Assembly: GCF_018350175.1 (NCBI RefSeq)
Contig: NC_058368.1
Location: forward strand, 124,932,001 to 124,996,000
Reading direction: 5' to 3'
DNA length: 64,000 nt
Source of the DNA: Felis catus
Taxonomy: Eukaryota
Shown piece by piece: positions 13,743 through 26,845 of this stretch. The notes under the pieces are model-generated. The model was given only the letters and a program-made list of their open reading frames with translations. It made no database searches and had not been told where the DNA came from. How positions within the stretch are numbered: position 1 is the first letter of the stretch; every line of letters begins with the position of its first letter. A program made the translations under genes and the position numbers.

Positions 13743-14998
13743 AGACAATCCTCTTAATAGATGCAGAAAAAACATTTGACAAATACAGCATCGTTTCTTG
13801 ATAAAAACCCTCAAGAAAGTAGGGATAGAAGGAACATACCTCAAGATCATAAAGACCATTTATGAAAGACCTATAGCTAATATCATCCTCAGTGGGGAAA
13901 AACAGAGCTTTCTCCCTGAGATCAGGAACACAACAGGGATGTCCACTCACCACTGTTGTTCAGCATAGTGTTGGAAGCTCTAGCCTCAGCAATCAGACAA
14001 CACAAAGAAATAAAAGACATCTAAATCAGCCTGGAAAAAGTCAGATTTTCACTCTTCGCAGATGACATGATATTCTACATGGAAAACCCGAAATACTCCA
14101 CTAAAAAACTGCTAGAAATGATACATGAATTCAGCAAGTTGCAGGATATAAAATCAATGTACAGAAATTGGTTGCATTTCTGTACACCAATAATGAAGCA
14201 GCAGAAAGAGAAATAAAGGAATCTATCACATTTATAATTGCACCCAAAACCATAAAATACCTAGGAATAAACCTAACCAAAGAGGTAAGAGATTCGTACA
14301 CTGAAAGTTATAGAAAGCTTTTGAAATAAATTGAACAAACACAAAGAAATGGAAAAACATTCCATGCCCATGGGTTGGAAGAACAAATACTGTTAAAATG
14401 TCGATACTACCCAAATCTACACATTTGATGCAATTCCTATCAAAACACAGAACTAGAACATTCTTCAAGAGCTAGAACAAACAATTCTAAAATTTGTATG
14501 GAACCAGAAAAGACCCCAAATAGCCAAAGCAGTCCTGAAAAAGCAAACCGAAGCTGGAGGCATCACAATTCCAGACTTCAAGCTGTATTACCAAGCTGTA
14601 ATCATCAACACTGTATGGTACTGACTCAAAAACAGACACATAGGTCAATGGAACAGAATAGAGAACCCAGTAATGGGCTCACAGATGTATGGCCAACTAA
14701 TCTTTGACAAAGCAGGAAAGAGCATCCAGTGGAAAAAGACAATCTCTTCAGCAAATGGTGCTGGGAAAACTGGATAGTGACATGCAGAAGAATGAACCTG
14801 GATCACTTTCTTACACCATACACAAACGCAAAACGGGTAAAAGACCTAAATGTAAGACCGGAAAACATCAAAAATTCTAGAGGAGAACACAGGCAGCAAC
14901 CTCTTTGACCTCAGTCATAGCAACTTACTAGACGTGTCTCCAGAGGCAAGGGAAACAAAAGCAAAAACGAACAACTGGGACTTGGTCAAGATAAAAAC
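13743..14998 (+). mobile_element. Internal L1 ORF2 fragment (RT to C-terminal region), degenerate
   Basis: atagatgcagaaaaaacatttgacaaa (IDAEKxFDK), ctcttcgcagatgacatg (LFADDM), aaatacctaggaata (KYLGI); no 3' UTR or polyA. Confidence 0.92.
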
Positions 14999-16512
14999 CA
15001 GGAATGTGGCCATCAGTGCCAAAAACATGAGAGTGCTACCACTGGGCCAGAGCTTTGGGTGTTTGCAGTAAAGTGAAGACTGTGCCCCAGGAGCCTTTTT
15101 TATTTCATATTCTGGGGCTTTCCTTAGGCATATAGAGATTAGAGAAAATGGCTTGTCCAGGTTTTGTTTTTGTTTTTTGTTGGTTTTTTTTTTCCCCTTT
15201 TGGCTGGTGTCTTACGTTTACCCAAGACCTAAGTCCTTGGCAGAGAGTGAGTAGACAGGGGCAAATCTTAGTGACAAACTCTGGCCTCTGCTAGTAGTTA
15301 GATTAGTCCAAGTTTGCATGTCTGACACCCACTTCTCTTAGGATGGGTTCACATCAGGTGATTTTACCCATCTCTCTAGCTGGCTGTCAAATAATCTTAT
15401 TCCCCATATTTTGAAATCTTAGAGCCTTAGTTGCTCTAAAGACATGCTGAATTTTATGATAGCTTGAGAAGTCTTACATTAAGATAGTAAGACAGCTAGT
15501 TTTAGTTTCTTCTCTAGATTTTTCTTCTTAGATATATTGACTTATTTGAGCCAAAAGGGACTATATAGATGATTCAGTACAGATTTCTCACAATATATAC
15601 CAAGAACCACTACTCTACCAAAGGTGTTCTGCTAAAAGGGGCTTCTGTGCCAATGTGAGGAATGCTGTGTATCTTCTTTTTTCACCCCTCTTGGAAAATT
15701 AAGATGCACATAGGTCTTTAAGTAAACTCATTTAATTTCATTTTATCTAATATTTCCTAACAGTAGGGTTATAAACTGTTTAGTATTTTATAGAACATTA
15801 TTTTCACCAAAGTTAGATCTTTTGTCTAGAAAATCTTTCAGCCTTAATCAACTCCATGCCAGTCCTTCTCTTTCCTTTAAAATTATTCAGGTGTTACCTT
15901 CTCTGTGGATCTTTCCAGGATTCCCCTAGATAAATTTAAGGGATGGAGATCCACTCCATCCTTGCAACTATTTATGGTATGTTAAAATACTTCTATTGTT
16001 GCAGAGATGGCCTCATATTTTCTTTACCATAGAGAAAGTGCTAGACTAAGCACCTGGAGGGATAGCGGTCCTGTCTTATTTATCTTTTGTTTCTTTATCC
16101 CATTTTGTGTATCTGATGCTTAGACCAGAGCTTACATGTAGTAGACATGCCAACATTCATTGAACAGAGTGGGTTTCTAGCATTAAAAGCATAAAGAAGA
16201 AAAGCAACATTTATTAGGAAGTCATTCTTCCTCATTTTGAGCATCCCAGTTAACATGCCTTTCCACCAGCTAGAAGGAAGTAGTACTATAGAAATAGTAT
16301 CATCTGTTCTGCGGCATTTGAAAGAAATCATTCTCCTAGCAAAGGATGTAAGAGGGCTTTGTGCTCTAATTTGGTGCTATATCATACTCTCCTCCATTAA
16401 TCTGGGAACAGTGAAAATAGCCCAAGGGTTTTTTATCAACATAGATGGTATTCACTCAGATTGTTACATTTTTAACTGTAAGCCAACTTTTCTTAAAAGA
16501 GAGGAATATATT

Positions 16513-16742
16513 GGGGCGCCGGCGCCTGGGTGGCGCAGTCGGTTAAGCGTCCGACTTCAGCCAGGTCACGATCTCGCGGTCCGTGAGTTCGAGCCCCGCG
16601 TCGGGCTCTGAGCTGATGGCTCAGAGCCTGGAGCCTGTTTCCGATTCTGTGTCTCCCTCTCTCTCTGCCCCTCCCCCGTTCATGCTCTGTCTCTCTCTGT
16701 CCCAAAAATAAATAAACGTTGAAAAAAAAAATTAAAAAAAAA
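16513..16742 (+). mobile_element. Young Can-SINE (SINEC_Fc-like)
   Basis: CpG-rich, little decayed; TSD agaggaatatat; 5' ggcgcc duplicated. Confidence 0.93.
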
Positions 16743-17825
16743 AGAGGAATATATACAGTAACAGTCCAGTCTTCCAATTACTAGCCGTACTCATTTGATC
16801 TCTTAAAAGAATACTCAAACTGAACTGCCATGCTTTTTGAAAAATAATTGACTTAGTAAAAATGTAGTTAACACACCCATTGGAGAAAGTTCCAAAGAAA
16901 AGCATACACCAGAGCCTCCATATAACATTGATTTGGGATCTTTTTGATGAAAAGCAAAATGGTTAAGGAACAGCCATCCCTCCCCCCACCCCCCAATACC
17001 TGCTTTGTGCCATGGACTATGTACTAGTGCTCTTAGACTGAGGACAGGAGACAGTGCTTTGTGGGAAGCTGTCCCCAGTAGTGGTGTAGGGAGTTCCAGT
17101 CTACTTCTGTAACGTATTGTAAAAGCCCCCTATACTTATCCATTGGTTGTCATTTAGACACAACCCTAGATTTGTCGTGTAGCACAAAGGGGAATTCTTA
17201 AAACGAAATAGACATTTACCCGATACTATAAAGTATTAGTATCCTTTTCCTTGCTTACTAATCTGTGATCAACAGTTCAGGAAGAGGATGCTTATATGTC
17301 CCATTTTTCTCAAAGGTTTCTAAAGGTTCTTCATCAGGTATCAAGGACACAACAAAGTGGGGGATAAACTGGAATTTTTAGCAGTGACTATCAAAAGAAT
17401 ACAAGCCTCAGGATTAAAAGTTTTTGAAGCTTCCGTGGGTTTTTTTTTGGAGAGGAAGAAATGAGAAATGGGACCATATTGGTCTTAAACTCCCTCTGTA
17501 AACAGTGGTTCTCAGAAACTAGTTTACATTAGGCCTGGTAGATCTCCCAAGTTCGTGGGTGTGAAGAAAAGAATAGTATGAATCTTCTCCCTGGAAAGAT
17601 GGGTGGAAGAATAGTAGTATTTAGAAATATTGTTACAAAGGTCATTACTGTGATGAGTAAAACAAGTATTTTTGAAAAATACTTAGTTTAAGTAATAAAT
17701 ATTCCCTTGGCAGCAACTTTTCAGTCCATTTGTCTGTCATTGTTAGCAGAATAGCATTGTTTTTCTGTCACAAGGATTTTCATGTATTTTGTGAGTTGAT
17801 CAATCTTACAAAATCATGAAACTGA

Positions 17826-17981
17826 GGGTGCCTGGGTGGCTCAGTCAGTTAAGCATCTAACTGTTTTGGCTCAGGTTATGATCTCACAGTTTGTGAGTTC
17901 GAGCCCTATGTCAGACTTTCTCTCCCTCCCTCCCTTTCTGTCTCTCTCAAAAAATAAATAAACAGTAAAAAAAATTTTTTT
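17826..17981 (+). mobile_element. Can-SINE (internally deleted)
   Basis: Head, CT-rich region and A tail. Confidence 0.8.
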
Positions 17982-18329
17982 AATCACAAAACTCATTTCT
18001 ATTCAATTCTGACAGTTTTTATAGTTTTCACTCATCTACCATAAATATTGCCATTTAATTTTAGTTCATAATTTGTGACAAGTCCGTGAATTTCACTGAA
18101 CTTGAATCATTGTTGGTTCACTTTAGTCTGATTTGTTTTCTTTTATGCACATACATGAGGGGTGTGACCTTGAAAAGATGTCTGCCTTCACCGTCTCGTT
18201 TTTCTCTGCCTTTTTAAAAACGTTTTCGATTTCAAATCGCTAATCTTCTTCTAGGATTTTTATTTCCTTACTAACCTAACTTGATTACTACGTTGATTCA
18301 TCTTACTTCCTTTAATTTTCTTTAAATTC

Positions 18330-18528
18330 TGAGCCTGCGTGGCTCAGTCGTTTGTGTCCAATTCTTCATCTCAGCTTCAGGTCATGATCTCACAGTTAGT
18401 GAAATCAAGCCCTGCATCGGGCTTTGCGCTGATAGCACAGAGCCGGCTTGGGATTCCCTCTCTCCTCTCTTTCTGTACCTCCTCTGCTTGTATTCTGTCT
18501 TTCTCTCTCTAAAAATAAACAACAAAAA
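18330..18528 (+). mobile_element. Can-SINE (older)
   Basis: gcctgcgtggctcagtcg...aaaataaac; TSD taaattct. Confidence 0.8.
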
Positions 18529-19294
18529 TAAATTCTTATTGCCTCCTGGCAAGTTTTAACTTCTGTTGTAGACATTTTCTTGACTGGTCCATCACATACT
18601 TGTCATTACATATGACTGTCATATGTCCTCTGGCTTGATAAAGTATATATAATTATTCTCATTTGATACAAATTTATTGATTTTCAAATTCATCTATTAG
18701 CACATTTAGAAGGCAGAGTGATTTTTTTTACCCCAATTTGGATAGCATATCATAGTTCCATTACTGTGTGATGTTACCAGTAATGCATTTAGACTGATCT
18801 GTTTGTGGTAAATTAATTAACTTAAACATAGTAGTTCTTAATGGAATGTGTCAGCTGAGAGATAGGGATGTACCAAGGAAACTTACTAATCAAGTTTTTG
18901 CATTGCTGCTTTATATTCTTCCTGGGACTAAGAGGTATTTTTGAACATTCATTTTTCATTGTATCTTTTTCTTGATTTATGTAGGCACAGGAAAAACAGC
19001 CCCTTTAGTTTGATATTTACTCATGTATAAGTGTGTCTACCTGAAAGACTAGCCTTGGTGTTTTACCTTCATTGTGTCAGTAACTTTGGAAGCTCCTGAA
19101 GTCCATCCATTAGCCTTATGTGTTAATTATACAATATTTACTTTTCCTGCAAAGTAGTTTTATCAGACTCATATTTGAATATTGGTATGAATATGTGACC
19201 AAGAAAGGTGCCTTTTAATCATAAAATAGTGTTGAGTAGAGTTAAATAAAAATGCAGCTCATAAAACAATCTAGAATCTTTTCTTTCTTCACTT

Positions 19295-19492
19295 GGGGCA
19301 CCTGGGTGGCTCAGTCGTTTGAGCGTCCAACTCTTGGTCTCAGCTCAGGTTATGATCTCACAGTTTGTGAATTCAAGTCCTGCATCGGGCTCTGCACTGA
19401 CAGCATGGAGCCTGCTTGGGATTCTGTCTCCTCTCTCTACCCCTACCCCCACTTGCTCTCTGTACCTTTCTCAAAATAAATAAAAATTAAAA
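19295..19492 (+). mobile_element. Can-SINE
   Basis: ggggcacctgggtggctcagtcg head, A-rich tail. Confidence 0.85.
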
Positions 19493-19729
19493 GAATAATG
19501 TATTCTCCATTCATCGTAATATTGTCCTAGTTGGTAGTTATCAATATGTTATTTACATCTAAAAACATTTTAATGGTGTTTGAATTTATAACAGTTACAA
19601 CTACCAGTAATTCACTTATCAGTCCGTTAGTGTTTATTCATTATTCTGTAGTCTTGCTTTAAATATATTTATATATTTTTACTACATATCTAAGAACATA
19701 TGGTACAGAACAATGTAGCTAAAATACAC

Positions 19730-19989
19730 TTTTTAAATTTTATTTATTTGTTTTTGAGAATCTTAAGCAGGCTCCACGCCCAGCACAGAGTCCTGTGTGA
19801 GATTTGATCTCACAACCATGAGATCATGACCTGAGCCAAAATCAGGAATCAGGTGCTCAACTGACTGAGCCATCCAGGCACCCCTAAGATTTTATTTTAA
19901 GTAAATCTGTACTCCCAACATGGGGTTCAAACTTACAGCCCCAAGATCAAGAGTCCCATGCTCTACTGACTGAGACAGTCAGATGCCCC
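19730..19989 (-). mobile_element. Two tandem short Can-SINEs
   Basis: Two reverse-complement heads ending near 19884 and 19989. Confidence 0.8.
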
Positions 19990-20564
19990 ACAGTACGCTT
20001 TTCTTTTTGATTCACTTGAATTCTCTAAAAGGAGACCTTCAGGCATATAGTTTACTCCATAGACTCGGTCATGGGTAATTGACTGCCAAAAAAATTCCAT
20101 ATGGAGTTGCTACCTTGAAGAATGCTTTGATACTGTCTAGTGGCTCTCTGCCTTTTGTAAACTCTGTTGTTATATTTGCACAATGATTGTTCATTCAGTA
20201 TTTTAAAAATTACTGATTTAGAAGTCAGAAAACCTTTTGATCAAAACCACAATGAGATACTACCTCACACCTCGCTAACATTATTGGTGAGGACATAGAG
20301 AAAGAGGATCTCTTTTGCCTGCTGGTAGTAATGAAAACTGATGCAGTCGCTCTGGAAAACAGTATGGACGTTCCTCAAAAAATTAAAAATAGAGCTACCC
20401 TACAACCCAGCAATCACACTACTAGGTATTTATCCAAGGGATACAGGTGTGCTGTTTCGAAGGGACACAGGCACCCCAAGGTTTATAGCAGCGCTATTGA
20501 CAGTAGCCAAAGTATGGAAAGAGCCCAAATGTCCATGATGGATGAATGGATAAAGAAGATGTGG

Positions 20565-20568
<4 letters not shown>

Positions 20569-20616
<48 letters not shown>
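20569..20616. repeat. (CA)24 microsatellite
   Basis: Perfect dinucleotide run inside L1. Confidence 0.95.
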
Positions 20617-20618
<2 letters not shown>

Positions 20619-20727
20619 GGAGTATTACTTGGCAATCAAAAAGAATGAAATCTTGCCATTTGCAACTATATGGATGGAACTGGAGGGCATTAAGCTAAGT
20701 GAAATTAGTCAAAGGAAGACAAATATC

Positions 20728-20932
20728 GGGGCGCCTGGGTGGCTCAGTCGGTTAAGCGTCCGACTTCAGCTCAGGTCATGATCTTGCGGTCCGTGAGTTC
20801 GACCGCAACTCAGAGCTCAGAGCCTGGTGCCTGCTTCCGATTCTGTGTCTCCCTCTCTCTCTGCCCCTCCCCCGTTCATGCTCTGTCTCTGTCTCAAAAA
20901 TAAATAAACGTTTTAAAAAAAAATAAAAAAAA
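20728..20932 (+). mobile_element. Can-SINE nested in L1
   Basis: TSD aagacaaatatc at 20716-20727 and 20933-20944. Confidence 0.9.
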
Positions 20933-21999
20933 AAGACAAATATCATATGACTTCACTCATGAGGAATTTAAGATACAAAACAGATGAACATAAGGGAAGG
21001 GAAGCAAAAATAATATAAAAACAGGGAGGGGGACAAAACATAAAATACTCTTAAATATAGAGAACAAACAGAGGGTTACTGGAAGGGTTGTGGGAGGGGG
21101 GATGATCTAAATGGGTAAGGGGCATTAAGGAATCTACTCCTGAAATCATTGTTGCAAAATATGCTAACTAACTTGGATGGAAATTAAACAGTAAATAAGT
21201 TTTTTACAAAAGCTTTTGAATATTCTTCTTGTTCTCTTTGAAATTGTTTTTATGTCCCAGAGGCACTAATTTATGCTAGAAGTTATGAGTTAAATAGGCT
21301 GTGTGTATCTGCTGGGTACAATATCTGCACAGTGTTATTTCCTAGGTATTTGTTTATTAGAAGTGATAACCAGCTACTCTGACTCTGAATCAGCAATTGT
21401 TTATGGAGCCCATGACATACGTTGCTCTGAGCGCTCTGTTCGTAGCTATAGGAGGTGCCAGAGAAAGGCCCTGCCATCAAAGCACTTGCACTTTTCTTGT
21501 CTAGGTTGGCCTAAGTTAGCTAGTGAACAAATGACTGCAGTATGATTACCCATTAATATATTCTATTGGTTTAATTTTGGTTAATTTCATACATACTCTT
21601 CATGTGTCTATACCACTTTCAACTTTTCCAAATCTCGTCAATTTTGCTTAATTAAATTTAATCTTAAAATTCAAATGGAGTGACAGTTTGGTTGAAACTA
21701 ATCCATGAGGTCAGATAAACTGATTTTTGTTTATTTTTAGCATATATTTTTAGCATTTTTGGAATAATTTATAAATATGAATCCATCAGAATCACTAAGG
21801 TGGTATTAAACTGCTTATAATCATTGTTGACAATAAGTTGTATTACTGTCTTTGATCTTTGGCCTCCATATTATTTAACTCTTGATGTTATTGACCAGAA
21901 TACGGGCTTTTTGAACATGAGATTCTGTGCCTGTGTCACTCAAAGGACTAAATAAGATTTATACAATACTAGAAATAGCTGTCTCCCCCCATAAAGACT

Positions 22000-22198
22000 T
22001 TCTTTTTTAATATTTATTTTTTTATTTTGAGAGAAAGAGCACAAGCAGGGGAGGGGCAGAGAGAGAAGGAGAGAATCCCAAGCAGGCTTCATGCTATCAG
22101 CACAGAACCTGTTGTGGGACTTGAACCCACGAACAGTGAGATCATGACCTGAGCTGAAATCAGAGTCAGATGCTTAACTGAGCCACCCAGGTGGGGCC
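22000..22198 (-). mobile_element. Can-SINE
   Basis: TSD ~ctccccca(t/c)aaagactt. Confidence 0.87.
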
Positions 22199-22286
22199 CT
22201 CCTCCCCCACAAAGACTTCTGATAGAAAGTCTACATAATATAAAACTGGTTATATCATGGCCATACCCACATTAACGAATCAGTAG

Positions 22287-22734
22287 GGGGGGGTTGGTGC
22301 CTGGGTGGCTCAGTTGGTTAAGCATCCAACTCTTTTTTTTTAATGTTTACTTATTTTTGAGAGAGAGAGTGAGCGAGTGCATGCAACTGAGTAGGGAAGG
22401 GTCAGAGCGAGATGGAGACACAGAATCCGAAGCAGGCTCCAGGCTCTGAGCTGTGAGCACAGAGCCCGACATGGAGCTTGAACTCACGAATCATGAGGTC
22501 ATGACTGGAGCCGAAGTCAGACACTTAACTGACTGAGCCACCCAAGTGCCCCAAGCATCCAACTCTTGATTTTGGCTCAGGTCATGATCTTGTGGTTCGT
22601 GAGTTCGAGCCCCACGTTGGCCTCTGCATTGACTGTGCAGAGCCTATTTAGGATTCTCTCTCTCCCCCTCTCCCTGCTTCTCTCCTGCTCCCTCTCTCTC
22701 AAAATAAATAAATAAACCAAAAAAAAAAAAATTA
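22287..22734 (+). mobile_element. Can-SINE interrupted by an antisense Can-SINE
   Basis: Head at about 22290-22334, resumes at 22553; outer TSD aatcagtag. Confidence 0.87.
22335..22552 (-). mobile_element. Can-SINE nested in Can-SINE
   Basis: TSD aagcatccaactctt at 22320-22334 and 22553-22567. Confidence 0.9.
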
Positions 22735-25700
22735 AATCAGTAGAACTTTGTTGTGACAAAGGTTTACTCTGTATAGAAAAAAAAAAAGCAATTGCCTATT
22801 TCTTGTTGTAAATCAGTAGGACTTGTGCCATCATTCTCAGGTTCATATATTACTGAACATAACTTGAGTAAAATCTTTTGGGGACTAATTTTCATAACAT
22901 GAGCCATTTTTATATAATTTCTTATGTAAAACTAGATATGTTATAAATGCTGGAAGATGGAAAAAAAAAAAAAGACGGAAAGGTTGGACTGGCCATTGAT
23001 TTTGATCTTTCCTGCTCAGTAGCAGCCCACATCTCTCGAGAAATTATCTCATGGGAAAATAGAGCTGTTACAGATATTTTGGCCTCATATCTTGGTCAAC
23101 AAATTTTAAGCACTTGTAATCATTTTCTTTTTGCCCTGTAGGATATAAGAGACTGTGGAATCATTCATATGTGGCTTTAAATCCTGTATTCTTCACACAT
23201 AGACTTTATCAACTTGGAGAAGTTACTTAACCTCCTTGGCTTTTTTTGTTTTTGTTTTTTTGCCAATGGGATAATAAAAGTTCCATGTCTTGGGAATTGA
23301 CTGAGGTGACCCATGTGGAACTGTTAGCGCAGTGCCCTGTCGATGTTAAGGGATTGTTAGCCTCTTTTATTAGCCATATGCTTCACCAGACTCTCTCCCT
23401 AGTCTTACCTAAGTCATTCCTTCTCCTGACCTTTACTTGGAAACTTAAATTTTAAGGGTCCCACAACAGACTAGTTTTGTTTTGGAAGGGCTTCTTCCCT
23501 TACTCTCCTCTCCCCTTGGTAACAAAATCTGTGGGTTTTAGCATAAGAATTCCTACTCTTATGGGAACTTCCCAAGCGGACCTCAGTTGTGTGGCTCTTA
23601 ATTGTGCCTGTCCCAAATAATTCAGTGTATTTCCAGGGTTCTGTGAGATTCCTTGGATACTGAAAGAATGAAGATTCTTTCTATATAAAGTTATCCATAA
23701 TGTGAACTGTTTGACAATCTTCATATATACTAAAGTTAAACCCCTTAATTTCCAGAAAGGTATCATATGATCATTATACACTCCTATTACAGTGAAATGC
23801 TCTATTAATGAAGAGAATTAATGAGCTTTTAAATTCTTAGTCACCATTGTAAAAACTTGTTTAAACTTCTTTGTATTCTTATCAAATAGATAAATAGCAC
23901 AGATACCTGGCGTTGACTCATTGTAAAAACAAAATCAGAATTGACAGTGACCTGCCATAGCAGTCAGAGTCAGATTGACCAAGGTCTGAATCCTGGTCCT
24001 GCTCCTTATATGTTGTCTGACCCCAGGCTTGTAAGCCTGCCTCTCCAAGCCTCAGATGGTAATGACCTCATGTGGTTATTGGGAGGGTGAAGTACCTGTA
24101 AATATATATAAAGCACCTAACACCTTGCCTGTCATGTAACATTAACTTTTTCTATTATGACGTAAGTCTGGCCATTACTTCTCCATATTACTAGTTGACT
24201 AACATATTTCCATGCTAAAAATGAACTTTTTAAGAAATAGCTTTTAAAAATTATAGTTAACTTGGTAGGATTCTATTTTTGAGTGTTTTTCGAATATCCT
24301 CTGTGTGCCAGAGCAATGAGCTGTGTTAGTGCTGTAGTCAGACTCTTTGGGGATGCAGGGAAGAGAGAGATTATGGGGTTTATTTCAGTACAATGTAAAA
24401 AGGACCCATGAAGTTTCCTCCATTGCAGCGAACACACGCAGTCTCTGGAGAACTTGGTTATTCACCACCCAGGGAAGTGTAAAAGTAGCTCTTATCGGGT
24501 AACAGCATATCAGGGGACCCAGGTACAACTGTCATGTTTATTTTCATTGCTTCTTTCCGTCCTTCCATCGCTGACCTCATCTTCCTTCTAATTTCTCTTT
24601 GCTCTCCCTTATTTTGTCTCACTGTTCCTAGTTACTGCTTTTTTCTCTATTTTGGTGCAATTCTTCCTACAGTGACACATCCATGTATCTTGCAAAGTCC
24701 CACAGTGGGCAGATCTGGTTAAAATATAACAATACCATCTAGTATAGAGGGTCTTTGGATGAGGGCAAATTATTGCACTGGCCAACTGTGACTGCTGGAG
24801 GGATTCACGTTTATAAACCATAGTGCCCCTGAGCATCAGACACTACCTTCAGAAGGGGAGGTGGCTATGACTAGATAGGTGCCCTGGCTTTGAGTTGGGT
24901 GCCTTTTGTGGCTTGTCCAGGACATTTGCCTGGATACAAAAATGAGTATAATGTTGCGGTCTGTCCCAGAAGAGCTCCTAGTGTGGTGAGGGAAGCAGAT
25001 ACTTAAACCAATACTGGACTTTATGCTGTATAATTAATATTAACATGGTGGGAGGGAGTGGCAACTGCTGTAGAGTGGGAGTAGGAAGTTCTTGATGAAG
25101 GCATGTAAGATGATAGGGTGGTTCTGTCAGGAGAAAAAAACCATCTGCAGTAGCAGAGAGGTATGAAATATCTTGGTGTACTTAAGAGAGTATTGAGAAG
25201 AGGGCAGTGACTAGTATTTAAGGGGCTCCTGGAAGAGGATCTATATATGATACCAGTGAGGTCAGAGAGTCAGAAGCAGAAATAGGAAAAAATCATCTAG
25301 AAGTTAAGGGAGAGGACATCTATAAGAGTGACAGTCCATTTAATAATAGCTGGTACCGTGGGAGGTCAGATAAAGAAAGGACCAAATGGCTTCATTAAGA
25401 AGGGGCCACTGAACCATTTCATTTATTAGCAGGTAAATTCTGTCTCTAGAAAGAGACTAGAACAAGAAGCCTAACCTCAGAAGAGAAAGGTTCTCTGACA
25501 CTCTAGATTGATCACAAATTTATTCTGAGGAATGTTTAGAACCAAAAAAAGCAAGAAACCTCATGTTTTCTAAATAAACAGGAAAGGAAGATAAAGCTTA
25601 ATCTGTAACAGTGTTTAAGTTTCTCATATTTGTCTTGCTAAAATTTCATTTATTTTTAAAGTCTTCAAAATACTTTCCCAAAATACATTATGTTTGTTTT

Positions 25701-25988
25701 GTCAGAGAGTCAGAAATATACAAGCTATTACTTTAGATAAAATAACAGGTATTGGTTGTAGGTACTAGGTCAAAAATAACTCTCCAGAACACTCTTGTTT
25801 AACCAAAATGAATTAGAGGCCCTCTAATCTCCTGGTGATTTATCAACTATCTGTTTAGATTAGTTTGTGGGTTTAAGATTAAGATTTAATATTAATATTA
25901 TTATAGCTATAATGTTAATTGGATAAGATGACACATGACTTCTCTATCCATACACACATGATTTTTTTCCTAGTCAGAATTAGGATTT

Positions 25989-26148
25989 ACTGTATATTTC
26001 AGTGAAGCTAAGATCCCATTGGTTGTAAATGGAACCATTATTTTATATAAACCCTGCCATAAATTACAACATTTGATTGTAAGAGGCATTCAGATTTCAG
26101 AGATACTAAAATGTGAAAAATACACATTTTATAATTAATGATATATAA
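25989..26148. mobile_element. TcMar-Tc2 (Kanga/MER104-like) relic
   Basis: gattgtaagaggcattcagatttcagagatactaaaatgtgaaaaa resembles the MER104 terminus as recalled. Confidence 0.5.
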
Positions 26149-26546
26149 TTATTATTTATGAAGACATTAGAATATTTTGGTTTATATTTACAGATTAATT
26201 TAGGAACAAAAAAATTGCTCTACTAAATAACATCTAAACTGCAACTGTAGTCTTAATTAAAAACAGAACTATAAAAAGAATAACATGAGTAGTCATTAAA
26301 TTTTAAAACTAGGAAGGTTCTTAGGGCTGTCAAAGATGTTAATACATGATTATTCATTTAATATATGCTTTGATACCTATCATAAGCCAGACATTGTTAG
26401 ATGTTGTATATATAATGATGGATAAAACACTGGTCCCTGCCTTCATAGAGTTTATAGTTCTTGATGGGGGGTCGGGAAATAGGTTTGCAAATTGCAATGA
26501 GTACTTTAAAGGTAAAGTACAGTGCTGTCAAAGAATGGAACAAGGT

Positions 26547-26845
26547 GGGGGCGGTGCCTGGGTGGCCTAGTCAGTTGAGCATCCAGCTTCGGCTTAGGTC
26601 ATGATCTCCTGATTGGTGAGTTTGAGCCCCACATCGGGCTTTCTGCTGTCAGCACAGACCCAGCTTCAGATCTTCTGTCCCCCTCTCTTTTTGCCCTTTC
26701 CCCACTCACACTCTCTTGCCTCAAAGTTAAATAAACATTAAGGGGCACCTGGGTGGCTCAGTGGGTTGAGTGTCCAACTTTGGCTCTGGTCATGATCTCG
26801 GATTCATGGGTTCAAGCCCTGCATCAGCCTTTGTGCTAACAGCTC
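26547..26845 (+). mobile_element. Can-SINE followed by a 3'-truncated second Can-SINE
   Basis: Heads at about 26547 and 26742. Confidence 0.85.

Larger units (their letters stand above)
20241..21205 (+). mobile_element. 5'-truncated carnivore L1 with nested SINE
   Basis: Peptide LWKTVWTFLKKLKIELPYNPAITLLGIYP; 3' UTR similar to the 5104-5908 copy; approximate TSD aaaa(c/g)cttttga. Confidence 0.9.

Noticed and set aside
7325..18626. Short perfect hairpins with 9-10 bp arms (about 7325-7352, 8533-8555, 9411-9429, 18608-18626)
   Set aside because: A few such inverted repeats are expected by chance in 64 kb of AT-rich DNA; too short for pre-miRNAs.
13743..21205. The two + strand L1 pieces as halves of one split element
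   Set aside because: The 20241 copy has its own approximate TSD and the 5 kb between them is ordinary intron sequence, so they are independent insertions.
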